Source: Azolla caroliniana (lineage: Eukaryota; Plantae; Polypodiophyta). Taken from it: a stretch of 64,000 nt of DNA. The notes beneath the pieces are model-generated. The model was given only the letters and a program-made list of their open reading frames with translations. It had not been told where the DNA came from and ran no database searches. Shown one piece after another: positions 49,826 to 63,297 of this stretch (positions within the stretch are counted from its first letter, which is position 1; the number at the start of each line of letters is the position of its first letter). The stretch covers positions 7,502,001-7,566,000 of the forward strand of contig JBHGNT010000018.1 in the NCBI GenBank assembly GCA_043228905.1, written 5' to 3'. Position numbers and translations under genes: made by a program.

Positions 49826-50292
49826 AGAAAACTCAGTTCTATTTCAAAATAATGATACTCTGTACATACTTCGTGCTCAGTGAGCACCTTTTATACAAGC
49901 CCTGACTATCGGGTTGACACAAGTACTGACAGTACTTGACTTTCATAAATGAGCCTACTACACTAACTCCCAAAATTATTCCTTACGAGGAATACCATAC
50001 TAACGGCCTTTCGGTTTATGCACCGATATGGCCACGTTATGCGTATTGTTTTATGCACCCAGTCTACGCATTGGGTTACGCACCGTGTTACGCACCCAAT
50101 GTTGAGCTTGTCACTCAACAATTTACTTAGTCCCATAGGTCAATATTGATACAAATTCTATTCTATTCTCTCAAGATGAGAGAGAGAGAGAAACTAATTT
50201 TTATTCGAGAAAACCTAAAAGACTAATACAAGCATGGTCGATGGTAAACTAGTTTCGTTTCAATGGAGCTCATCAATGCACATGACCATGTG

Positions 50293-53200
50293 TGTTATGG
50301 GCATGCCCATATAATATTCTGTGGTGAGAAGTTACCGTAGTATTCTATACACGTGGATAAGTGTGAGGGTTAAACGAGAGTGTAAAGAAGGGGAGGATTA
50401 CTTTTAATCCTCGGGATTGAGACAACCCATTAGGCCAAGTGTGAACTTGCCTAGGGGCCTTGGGTATCGCTATAAATAAGAGGCCGAGCTACCCTCATTT
50501 CATCATCTTGTTGACTACGTCGAGACTCTGTCTTGTGGTGGGTCAACTCTTGTAGCGAGCGCGCCAGCACCAGGTACGACTCGACGCCACGGCGGTGGTA
50601 TGGGACACCGATCGAGGCTCGAGTCCGTCTCGATCCCTTCGCTTGGGGGTGGTCGGGTGGATCGACACCCTTGTTTCTCTCTCTCCTCTCTATCTAGATC
50701 TATCTATTCATCTATATTCCATCCTTAGCTAATGCTTACGTTAGTCTATGTCTCTAATAGTTGGTATCAGAGCTAATGTGCTAATGTTTCTTTTGTTGTC
50801 TTTTGTTTTGTTGATTGATGGTGATCGATCGATGTGCGGTCGGCCTTGATCCAAACAATGATCAACAAAAGAACTTCGGTAATCTTTCTTGTTTTTTCTA
50901 TTCTTTCTTCTCCCAATTTAATCACGTGTATGGTTAATATGTAATTTTTTATATATATATTCAATGATGTTGTAGTGGTAAGTAATTGGTTGTATAAAAC
51001 GTTTACATATGTGTATGAGGTCAATACCTCATTTGACGTATATTGAATATGTGATGAGTGTTGTATGCGCACGAGGTTAATACCTCAATTGCGTATTACG
51101 TTCACAAACATATGTTACGTTTGCATATGAGGTCAATACCTCGATACGTTGTAAATGATATGTGTTTGGTCTCGTATGCGTAAGAGGTCAATACCTCAAT
51201 TGCGTATTACGATTAACCCTTATTTTTGGATGTTTCGTGTGCGTAGAGGTATATGCCTCGATTACGTCATTTTTGGCTATTAAATATAAGTGCGTACAGG
51301 TATATGCCTCGATTATGTATCTCGATTATGTCATTTTTGGCTATTAAATATAACGATTTGTTTAATATAGGCATATGTGGTCACGTGCATACGTAGTTGA
51401 TCGTATATATGTGATAATATACATATGTGTATATAAGTTATTACGTGATTTTAAATCGAATGTTTTCCTTTTTGGGGAAAGGATCTTGGTGGCCGTCCTC
51501 ACATTTTTGTGAGAATAGTGTTGTCAGCATCCCTTTTTTCAACAATTTCTTATTGTTGAAATCCCCGTTGGTGAATTCGATATTTCGTTACGTAAAGAAA
51601 CGCCTATAGCCATAATGATTTTGAGTATGTAGGGCTTGACCCACTTCATATGAGTTCGCTCCTATGACACACGTATCCAACATCCCTCCCTCATTACGTG
51701 GATACGATGCCACAATGAGATCATTCTTACGAGAGGCATTCGTAATGACGTGACCATGTGATGGGCCGCGTGGGCCTACTACGAAAAGAGGGCTCATTTG
51801 GCTTGACCATTAGGTTGGACTTTGGCGTATGCCACCATAATTACGAGACTTGAGGTTAGTTAACGTACCAACATAGTTGTAGTAAATGAGGGCGAAATAA
51901 GAACTCTTGACATATATGTTTCTTTTAAAAAAACATTTATGGGCAAATGCCTTGCATATCTCTTATACGCATGAAACATTAAACATTCAAAGAAGAGCAA
52001 TTTACTTGGTTGGCTCAAGTGTTTAATGTATTTGTTCTCGAAGTTTGGAGTTCAAATATGACCAAGACCATACAACATCATTGATACATATGACTATAAC
52101 ACATGTTTAGACTTAAGGTCTAAGTGCACTTCGGGGTCCTCGTAATAGGACTTAAAAGAGCCGAAACCACATATGTGGGCACCGAAACATAGTTTATTGT
52201 TAACATTTTTTTCGTGTATAAACTATTCATGACGTGAACATACATGGTTGAGCCTCGGGGAGCCGCCATGAAAAAATTGATATAGAGATCAGGGAAAGAC
52301 ATTTACTTATCACCCCCATGGTTTTTAAAACACCTTTGTGTTACCATAGTAACTTGATCTTGAACCTCATCTCCTACGTCTAGAGGGGTATTGATGTGAG
52401 ATCATGATATCGATTAATGTTTGCCCATGATATGTTTACATCACAACATGATGTTATGACTATTTGTCTGACCCTAGATGTATTTTTCGCAAATAATCCA
52501 ATACCTTAGTTTCACCGCTCAACAGATGACCGAACTTCGGCAATCTCAAAGTGCTCTCGAGGCACGTGTCATTAGTTTACAACGTGAGACTAATAGACTT
52601 GATGAGCGACAAGGTGAACCATCATTTGTCGTTAAGCCATTTACGGGAGAAAAAAAGGAAAGAACCGAAGAAGCAATGTACACGTGGTTGGGCCGGTGGG
52701 AGTCTCATTTTGAGCTCTATCCCACGCCAGATGGTACGAAGATTGCATATGTCGCTATCAACACACTTCGAACAAGGACCACAACAAACCCAACGAAGCG
52801 CCCGGGACTAAGCAGTCACAATTCGTTGGGAAACGCAAGACACCCAACGAATTCATGGATCGCGATTGTAAGCGACAACATCCTTTTTGCGTATTCTGCA
52901 AAAAGAAGGGTCATACAAAAGAGCAATGTCGAAAGCTCCAACGGAAAGTGCACGACAACAAAGCTAAAGCTGCAGACCACAAAGGTCAGATTCCTAATGT
53001 CCTTCAGGTCTATACACATCATTTAAGTAATTGTCAATGTTCTTTCCCTCACTATGTACTGGGTCCCAATGATTTACTACGTGCAAACGGGTATATGAAT
53101 GGATCTCCCGTACAATTTTTGTTTGATTCAGGAAGCTCACACAACTTTGTGAATGATCGTTTGTTCAGATATGGGGAATCCAACCCACCGTTGTAATACT

Positions 53201-56200
53201 GGGTTATCCCTGGTTTTATAATAAAAACTCTTCTTTATTTATTGATTGGGTTCATCATTCAATAACTTTTGTACTGAATGATTGTACTCATTTTATTCAA
53301 TTTGTCAAAAAACAATCCCTCTTGGTTGTTTCCTCGTGTCCATCAATATCCGAGTTGTCTTGTTCTACTCTATTTTATTGTGTACATGATCCAGACATTC
53401 ACGTTTACAATATCGATAATGTCTCGGTTCAATTAACATATTTTGAACAACAACAACTTGATGAAATCTTAAATGATTTTCGTGATGTTTTTCTGAGTGA
53501 ACTACCATATGGTTTACCTCCTAAACGTAATATAGACCATCGTATCGATATTGTACCTGGCGTTGCAACAATAAGTGTACCTCCTTATCGCTTAAGTCGA
53601 TCTGAAGAGGATGAGGTAGCTAAGCAACTGAAGGACTATTTACGAATGGGTTATATACGTTATAACAAATCTCCATGGGGTGCACCGGTTCTCTTGGTTA
53701 AAAAGAAAGAGGGCACATGGCGTATGTGTATTAATTACCGATGCTTGAATAAAGTGACGATCAAGAATTCGTATCCATTGCCCCGGGCTGACGATCTAAT
53801 TGACCGTCTCCAGGGAGCTCGGTATTTTACGAAACTTGATCTCTGTACTGGCTACCATCAAATATGTATAAGTGAGGACGATGTTCCAAAAACGGCATTT
53901 CGTATGCGCTATGGCCATTATGAGTTTTTGGTTATGCCTTTTGGTTTGACCAATGCTTCGGCTACATTTCAACAAGAAATGAATGACATTTTCCGAGAAC
54001 AAATTGGAAAATTTGTCGTTATTTTCTTGGTTGATATTTTAGTTTATAGCCGTACATTACAAGAACATGCTAAACATGTCCGCTTTGTTTTACAAACATT
54101 GCGTGACAAACAGTTTTATGCAAAGATCTCAAAATGTGAGTTCTTCAAGAAATCAATTACTTATCTTGGACATCTCATAATTGAACGAGGAGTTGAAATT
54201 GATCCTTCTCGCATCGAGAAAATCAAGCTTTGGCCCACTCTTCGGAACATTCGAGAAGTTCGATCATTCCTTGGTTTTGTCGGGTTTTTGCAAAAGTCCC
54301 TTCATAGTTACTCCCAATTGACGACGCCGTTTATTGATCTTCTAAAAGATCAAACGCGTAAGTCTACAAAACCTATTGTATGGAATGCTACACTAGACCT
54401 CACTTTCAAGGAACTCAAGGACCTGGTGTGCAAGGCTCCTTCACTTCTTTTACCCAATCCTTCAAAACCTTTTGAGGTTGAAACCGATGCAACTGATTAT
54501 GCTATGGGTGTTGTCTTATATCAAGATGGTAAACCAATAGGATTCGAGAGTAAGAAACTTGATTCTGCTCAATGTCGGTATACCATTCAAGAAAAGGAAT
54601 TATTTGCAGTTATACATGCGCTCAAAACATGGCGCCATTATCTTTATGGAAATCGTTTTGTGGTAACTACGGACCACGAGTCCTTGAAATATTTTTGTGA
54701 CCAACAAGACCTGAAAGGTCGCAAGGCACGAAGGGTTGATCTCATCCAGGACTTTGATTTTTCCATACGATATCGTAAAGGTTCCATGAATACTGTTGCT
54801 GATGCACTAAGTCGCATCCGTGAAGTTAACAGTCTTAGCTTCACTGAAATAACATCAGATCTTTATGATCACCTTCGAGGAAAGTATCCTGATGCAGTTA
54901 TTTCGCAAAATACTGAGCAAGAGTTGATTCTGGAACAAACACCACCACATCCTCGAAGGAATACTTCCACATTGCTAACGGTCTGCTCTATCGTAATGGG
55001 AAGGTTTGTGTTCCAGATTTACCAGAGGTCAAAAAGAGAATTCTTTTTGAATGCCATGATGCACCCTCAGTAGGGCACCCTGGAATACATCATACACTCG
55101 TTCTCATCTCCACTCATTTTATTGGCCTAAGATGCGTCCTGACATACATAACTATGTGACTAAATGTCACCAATGTCAGGTTAACAAAGCTGAGCGACTT
55201 AAAGCCGCAAGACTTTTACATCCCTTGGACATTCCCAAAAATAAGTGGGAAAGTATATCCATGGATTTTATTGTTAGCCTTCCTCGCACCCAAAAAGGCC
55301 ATGATGCCATCTGGGTTGTGGTTGATAAACTAACTAAAATGGCCAGATTTATTGCTACTAAAACCATGGTAACAACTCCTAAATTGGATTACCAATTTGT
55401 TGATGAGTTATTTCATTTTTATGGGTTACCGATGGATATCGTGAGTGATCGTGATCCAAAGTTTACTAGTGACTTCTAGACGCAAGTCTTCAAGAAGTTA
55501 GAAACTACATTGAGCATGAGCTCCATGGATCATCCTCAATCCGATGGACAGACAGAACGAGTAAATCAAATTATTGAGGACATGCTTCGAGCATACGTTG
55601 GTGCAAAACCAACAAAATGGGAATGTTACCTCCCAATTTTGGAGTTTGCTTATAACAGTTCCAAGCATACGTCGACGGGATATAGTCCTTTTATGTTGAT
55701 GTATGGTTTTCAGCCACGAGCCCCGATTGATGTTAATATACATCATGATGAGTTGTGAAGTACGCAAAACTTTCTTCGGGATATGCAAGATATGTTGCAT
55801 ATTGCACGAGATAATATAAAAACAGCTCAAGATAGAGCGCGTTTTTATGCCGATCATCATAGGCAACCTCATGTATTCAACCCTGGACAAAAGGTATTTT
55901 TACATGTACCTCACAATTCTAAGACATTGTCTACGAGTAAGTGCGCTAAGTTAGCCCCACGGTTTTGTGGACCATTTACAATCCTCAAACGCATTGGGTC
56001 ATCCACCTATCGTCTCGCTCTTCCCGATGGTGTTGGAATTCATCCAGTCTTTCGTGTGAGTCGTCTAAAAGAACTTCTAGGTTCTGGCGACAATACAGTT
56101 ACAATTGAAACTCTGGTTACTTCTGAAGGATTATCTTCTAAACCACATGTACCAGAAAGAATTCTCGATGTTAAAACAAAAACATTACGTACTAAAGAAA

Positions 56201-56796
56201 TCCGAGAATTTAAAATAAAATGGATGGATAAATAAATAAAAGATGCCACATGGGAATGCGAAAATACTCTCAGAACTAACTTCCCTAACTTTCCATTGCA
56301 AGAGTGCAATGTTTTAAAGTGGGGGAGTATGTTACGGGCATGCCCATATAATATCCCGTGGTGAGAATTTACCGTAGTATTCTATACACGTGGATAAGTG
56401 TGAGGGTTAAATGAGAGTGTAAAGAAGGGGAGGATTACTTTTAATCCTCGGGATTGAGACAACCCATTAGGCCAAGTGTGAACTTGCCTGGGGGCCTTGG
56501 GTATCGTTATAAATAAGAGGCCTAGGTACCCTCATTTTATCATCTTGTTGACTACGTCGAGACTCTGTCTTGTGGTGGGTCAACTCTTGTAGCGAACGCG
56601 CCGGCACCAGGTACGACTCGACGCCACGGCAGTGGTATGGGAAGCCGATCGAGGATCGAGTCCGTCTCGATCCCTTCGCTCGAGGGTGGTCGGGTGGATC
56701 GACACCCTTGTTTCTCTCTCTCCTCTCTATCTAGATCTATCTATTCATCTATATTCCATCCTTATCTAATGCTTACATTAGTCTATGTCTCTAATA
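50293..56796 (+). mobile_element. Ty3/Gypsy chromovirus F, both LTRs present, decayed
   Basis: 467-bp LTRs 50293-50759 and 56330-56796; perfect TSD ATGTG; iMet PBS 50762; PPT AAGTGGGGGAG; Zn knuckle CVFCKKKGHTKEQC, PR LFDSGSSHNF, RT ([18 protein letters not shown]), RH, INT (SMDF, SDRD, DGQTE, GPF), chromodomain PERILD...IKW...DATWE. Confidence 0.95.
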
Positions 56797-57055
56797 ATGT
56801 GGGAGCAGAGAGGTAAGGGGCATAGAATGAACCATACGCGCAGAATGAGTCAATCAAACATGTATGATAATCATCTCAAAGTTGAATTGGATTTACAAGT
56901 TGGAAAAAAATAAAGAATGGAATTTGAAAATTGAATCACATGAACTTTGAAACTTAGCGATTACTTAACGACTAAACCTTAGAAAGCTGATGCTTCCAGA
57001 CGACATCTAACCATTAGAGACAATACTTTTCTCCCTCTTTCCATATCCAACACTT

Positions 57056-60000
57056 TGTTACAACATTGCTATTGGCCGGTTCGGACGGCCAGGTGTGAAA
57101 AGGCCGAAAAGCGGTTACGAGTCAAACTAAAAGCGGGTAGGGCCAAATGAAGCAGTAAAGAAGCGGGAAGGAAAAATAGTAAATATTTAATAGTAGTAAC
57201 GGTTCACGCTCCGTTCTTAACCGTCCATGATGCCTATAAAAAGGGTCATGGGAAGCTTGTAAAAGGAGTCAAATAGTATTGTATCAACTCTGTCTTTCAT
57301 AATAGATACACACTGTAGTGTGTCGTAATTGATCTATGTCGAGTCCTCACGTTCCTATGGAAACGTGTTCATAACCAGTCGGTTGTACCGGCTCGTGTTC
57401 ATCTTCATAGTCGCACAATCACACTCTGTTCAATTCCTACATGGGTTATTACTATCATTTCGAAAGCGAGATGATCCCACTTAGACTTTCCGACCACAAG
57501 ACCTTGAGTCGGATACTAAAGGATGAGTGTTCGACACCATGTTACCTTGAGTTGGTAACATTTTTGGCACGCCGGGTAGGATTGTGGGTCCACAGAAGAA
57601 CATCGGGGAATGGATGTCATCTAGCCGATGAAGCAGCAAAGAGACGACGTGACGAGGAAAACCTCACACTTGAGCGGAATCCCGATGCACGGTAGATGTC
57701 ACATTGGAACAATTGCAACTAGACATTCCACTACTGGACCACGATGAAAGTGTGGATGAATCCACACTGATTGAGCAAAGCCACCTAGGGCCGGAAGTCC
57801 TCTCCAAAGCGCAAGACGAAACCGGAGCAACCCGCGACAGTAGCTCAGAGGTCGACCACAAAGGCTTCCACACACCATTCACTTCGGATCACGCTCACCA
57901 TTGAGTCAGATACTAAAGGACGAGTATCTGACACCGTGTTACCTTGAGTTGGTAACATTTTTAGCACACCGGGTAGGATTGTGGGTCCATTGAAGAACAT
58001 CGGGGAATGGATGTCATCTAGTCGATGAAGCAGCAAAGAGACAACGTGACGAGGAAAACCTCACACTTGGGCGGAATCCCGATGCGCGGTAGATGTCACA
58101 TTGGAACAATTGCAACTAGACATTCCACTATTGGACCACGACGAAAGTGTGGATGAATCCACACTCATTGAGCAAAGCCACCTAGGGCCGGAAGTCCTCT
58201 CCAAAGCGCAAGACGAAACCGGAGCAACCTGCGACAGTAGCTCAGAGGTCGACCACAAAGGCTTCCACACACCATTCACTTCGGATCACGCTCACCATTG
58301 AGTCGGATACTAAAGGACGAGTATCTGACACCGTGTTACCTTGAGTTGGTAACATTTTTGGCACACCGGGTAGGATTGTGGGTCCATTGAAGAACATCGG
58401 GGAATGGATGTCATCTAGCCGATGAAGCAGCAAAGAGACGACGTGACAAGGAAAACCTCACACTCAGGCGGAATCTCGACGCGCGGTAGATGTCGCATTG
58501 GAACAATCACTACTGGACGTTCCATTATTGGACCACGACGAAAGTATGGTCTAATCCACGCTCATTGAGCAAAGCCACCCAGGGCCGGAAGTCGTCTCCA
58601 AAGCGCAAGACGAAACCGGAGCAACCTGTGACAGTAGCTCAAAGGTCGACCACAAAGGCTACATCACACCATTCACTTCGGATCACGCTCACGATAGTAT
58701 CAACATATACGACCCCAACACTATGACATTCCGATGACGTAGCCGATGTAGAGGTGCATGTGAGGGCATTTCTCACCACGTGGCAACCCAACCATGTGTC
58801 TCAACGACTAGCGGAGGCTGACGCCAATGCGTCGAAAATAGCAGAGTTCGGGTTATCCCTAGATGAACTGGTATTTGCAACATGACTTGGCATCATTTCC
58901 GACTTTCGAACACTTGTGGACATGGTTCACCTGATTGTTCCGTCGTCAAATCCCACAACGCGAACTAATAAGTCCATTTACTCTATTGGCCAATACGACC
59001 ATGAACCCGTCTCACAGTTTGTGATTCGCTTCCAGAATCTCCGCCATCAGTTAACACGGCAGCCCAGGGAAGACGAGGCTAAGGAAACCTTCTTGGCGGC
59101 CCTGCGCGAGCCCATGTGAACGATCGTCGCCATGCTCAACTTCACGGAGCAGACAACCGACAATGTGATTGACTGTGTACTTTGATTAGATAGTGAACAA
59201 ACGGATGGAAGCATGTCTATGACTACCTTACAACGAGCCCTAGGCTTGCTACCGAGGGACAACGAACTGTGATTTCGTCAGGCTGTCCAATGCACCATTT
59301 GTCTCAACCCAGGGCACTCGATTATCAAATGTAACATGCGAGTGCATTGCCCAATCTGCCACTCTCGGGTACATACCGTAGAACAATGCGAATATAACCT
59401 CCTCAATCAACCCATGGCAACAATTCGACGTATTGAACCACAAAACACCGGAAGACAGTCGGATAATCGAGTCCGACAAGTCGATCAACATAGGGATGAG
59501 GCGCTTCCTCGCTATAATGAATGACCTCGACAGGAAATTGAATGGTATTGGGACGACGATGATCGCCGGGACGACGAGTACCGACGAGGGGATTGCAACG
59601 ACAATAGGTATGCACCCCATTATGACAATCGGTTACCTATGAACAACAGGAGTAGTCAAACCAAACCATGAAGCTATTGGGGCGACCGGCAACCCCGGAA
59701 CCCTCGCTCAAGAGATGACAACCTTGATGACGATCAACGAAGGCCACCAACTAACAACCGTCATGATAATCGTTGAAAACCCCGCTATACGCGCCAATAT
59801 CAATGTCAACCGCGACCCCGAGATGAGCCCAAATGGCAATTGGAGCCAATCGCTCTGCCAGCGGTCGAAAGAGGGGAATTGAGCATATAGTGTTTTAACT
59901 GCCAACAATTGGGGCATTATGCAACCCAGTGTTCACGACGGGAAAAAGGCAAGGGGCCAGCGGTAAATACAATCACCGCTGAGGTACAACAAGTTACCAC

Positions 60001-61368
60001 GCGCAACCATGCAAAAACATTGGAATGGGAGGTCTAGGATGAAATCCAGAAGTCGACGAAAGCATGGGTCGAACAAGTAAACGATGTGAATGTCGATAGA
60101 ATGCGTCAAGAGAGCATAACCGTCGCGGCCCCTCTGCCAGCCTCGGTTGATGATGCCACAACAGAGGAGGACCCCCTTGCAGATTGTCAAATTACGATGT
60201 TGACAAACAAATTGCTAAACCTTGTTCTGTGGTTTTGTCAAATGTTGGAAACGAGAATGCGTGAGGACCCACCAACCATTGCGGCACATTTCACAGAGTC
60301 CGTGAAGGGTCGACGGTCGTAGATCACCATAACCCTACCATAAAAATTATAATCAAGGGGGAATAAATTTCCGGTTGCATAATTGACGACGGGTCGGGGG
60401 TAAATGTCATCAACAAAGAGACCTGCCACTGCCTGGGGATTGCACTTGGGAAGCTTGCCCAGTTTTGCTCCACATGGCGGAAACCCGATCAGTCCGACCT
60501 TTGGGATTGCTGCGGAAATTGGGAATCATAGTAGGCGGACATTCCTTCGAAATATTGGTGGTGGTCCTACCACTGGATGCACCAGGAGCGTACCCCATTC
60601 TATTAGGAAGACCATGGCTGTGCTCGGCGAATATCAAACAATATTGGCAATATAATAATATTAGCTTTCGTCGCGGCCAAACCAAAATTTAGGTGAGAAC
60701 CCAAGAAAGTGCGCCAACAATGAAAGAGCTGACCCTATTGTATGTAGAGGAAATCCACATGCTAGAAGGACTGGTAGATGAAGAAGTGGAGTAGTACCTT
60801 GAAGAAAACTGGCTCGTACCTCTCTTCGAAATTGATGTTATTGAGGGAATCGGCGCGTACGTCAAACCCACAATGGTCGAGGACGACGGTTGCGAGCTAG
60901 ACATGGAGGTGGTTATGGACTTCGGCATTAGAAGAAATGAATTTCGGGACCGCTGAGGAACCACGACCAGTGTCCATTGCCAAGGATTTGCCAACCCCAG
61001 AGAAAACGGCCATGATCGAGCTATTATGGGAACACATGGATGTATTTACCTGGTCTACGAAGATATGAAGGGGTGTGACCCAAAATTTACCAGCACCAGA
61101 TACATCTATCAATAGATGCCAAGCCTGTACAACAATGTTGATACCGAATGAATCCAAATTACGCGGTTTGCATAAAGGAAAAAATCGATAAACTATTAAA
61201 AATCAAATTTGTTCGTCCTGTCACAGTCTGATAATCATAGTTCCAAAGAAGAACGGAAAAATTCGGGTGTGCATCGATTACTGAAAATTAAATGTCGTAA
61301 TGGTAACCGACACATTTCCTCTACCATGCACGGATGTGGTGTTGGACGTTGTATCCGGCCACGAGATG
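57056..61368 (+). mobile_element. Decayed Ty3/Gypsy element G, a relative of the 7212-14562 element, interrupted in RT
   Basis: LTR from ~57056/57067 to 57560 ending TAACA, TATAAAAGGG; PBS TGGCACGCCGGGTAGGA; gag/PR/RT remnants collinear with 8554-14047 (e.g. SVRPLGLLRKLGIIVGGHSF, YPILLGRPWL). Confidence 0.85.
57504..58692 (+). repeat. 397-bp tandem repeat x3 spanning LTR end, PBS and leader/gag start
   Basis: Units start at 57504, 57901 and 58298. Confidence 0.95.
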
Positions 61369-61388
61369 TAATCATAAAGATATTCGAC

Positions 61389-63270
61389 TGTTGGGAAACC
61401 GGTCCCTCCGGATGGGATCAAATGAGCCGGATCAGATGGATCCAGAAGGTATCCGGATCGGATCCGGTGTGAACCAAAAGTAGGGACATATTTGTAAATA
61501 TGTTCCGATGCGCCTGTTGATGCCATACTTGTAAATAGCCCAAAAGTTATATGAGTATAAATAACTAAGGAAAAACTTATTGTGTATAGTAATGAGTTAG
61601 TTAGTAGTTATCTCTAGAGAGAGAGAGAGAGAGAGATACATAAAGCTTTTCTGTTGTAACCGCCGGTTGGCGAAGACAGAGCTCGAGGTTGTTTCCTTTG
61701 AGTTTTGCACTATTGCACCTCTCCCCTACAGTGATCCTGTTCGGAGTCTGTGATGTTTTGCCTCTCGAGGTTTTCCACATAAATATACGGTGTCATCTCG
61801 TTGTCTGTGTAAGTGCATTGTTCCTATTCTCTGTTAATCTTCCATTAGTGTTTGAAACTTGGTTGTGGTCGAGTGCGATTCTCTTCAAATTGGTATAAGC
61901 GTGAAGTTCTAAACTTCAAACAAAAGAAGAAGATGGAAGAGTCATTCAGTGGCATGTTCAAGCTCACCGGCTCCAACTACCTAGTGTGGAAGTAAAAAAT
62001 GAGGGACATATTAGCGGTTAAAGATCTCTGGTTGTAAAGAGCAGACAAGATCGATGCCACGACCTGGAAGGTAATGCATTTGAAGATGACAGCATACATT
62101 CGCTACTTCATCAACATGAGCTTGTATGACAACTTCCATGACGAGAACAAGGCTCATGAACTCTAGGAGAAGATCGACACTATGCTGGAGAACAAGAATG
62201 TTGAGAATCGAGTCTCTGTATTTTGAAAAATAGTGAGACTCAGATATCAGGACGAATCCAGTATGGCGGAGCATATGAACGCTTTCCAGGGGCTAATAAA
62301 CCAGACTACCTTGCTTGAAGTACCGTTAGCTAACGAGGTATTGACATTGTTACTCCTTAGATCCCTTTCGGATAGCTGCAAAACGCTGGTCGTCACATTG
62401 GGCAATGACGGACCGAAAGGAAAGAACTTATCCCTAGCAAGAGTAAAATAAAGCTTGCTAAATGAAGAAGCTCACTGGAAGGACCGAGATTTCGGAACCA
62501 ACCTGAAAGCCTTAGTTACGGAAAATGACTCAAATCGGGGAAGAGGCCGGGATAGAAGCTCTCTGAATCGGGACAAGTCGGGGACGAGGCCGAAGTCGAA
62601 GGGGAAGCCTACCTGTTTCTACTGTGGGAAACCAGGGCATTTCCAAAAGAATTGTTGACACTTCTAGAAAGCAAAAGGGGGAGCCGACGACTTCGAACCG
62701 AAGAAGATTTGGGAGAGGAAAGGAACGTCTGCAATTGTGACAAGCAAAGAGGAACTACTGGTAATCACTGAGGAGAGTGAGCTACATCCGGTCAACGATG
62801 AATCAACATGGGTAGTCGTCTATGGAGCGTCATTCCATCTGACTCCCGACTGGAAGTGCTTCTCATCTTATAGAGCTAGAGATCACGGTTGTGTAAGGTT
62901 GGGGAATGAAGGCGCACGCCGAATTGTCAGCATAGGAGATGTGTGGTTGACTAAGTCAACCGGGTGCAAGCTACTATTGAAAGATGTTTGACACATTCCA
63001 GAGGTTCGACTGAACTTAATTTCAGTTGGTCAGCTAGACGATGAAGGCTACATGGGTAGCATCCGGAACGACACCATGAAGTTTTGCAGAGGAAGCCTGA
63101 ACGTGGCCCGAGCCCAGAAGATCAACACACTATACCTGATGCATGTTGGATATGTCGGAAGGAAGTGAACATAGTATCCGATACTGCTGGTGAGCTGTGG
63201 CACAAAAGGTTGTGTCACATGAGCCAGAATGGGATGCAGAGACTTGGCAAAGACAAACTCATTCCGGTCG
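61389..63270 (+). mobile_element. Ty1/Copia element H, 5' part, decayed
   Basis: LTR 61389-61887; degenerate iMet PBS TGGTATAAGC; gag MFKLTGSNY..WK from 61933; CFYCGKPGHFQKNC; PR WVVVYGASFH; LWHKRLCHMS. Confidence 0.85.
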
Positions 63271-63297
63271 AGATCACCCATGAGACGGAAGGCACTA

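Larger units (their letters stand above)
31647..50120 (-). mobile_element. Ty1/Copia element A, decayed host of a nested cluster
   Basis: LTRs 31647-32096 and 49684-50120; TSD GTTTA/ATTTA; iMet PBS 49671-49683; PPT GAGGGGGAG at 32097. gag (NYASWSYKM), PR (WYVDSRVSNHM), INT (47463-48200, 42414-42789, 37794-38138), RT (33200-34112), RH (SSMEAEY, KHIEVHYHF). Confidence 0.93.

Noticed and set aside
51017-51310. CRISPR-like appearance of palindromic repeats with spacers
   Set aside because: Repeats are only 14 bp, spacers are homologous to each other, there are no cas genes, and the array is inside a eukaryotic retrotransposon leader.
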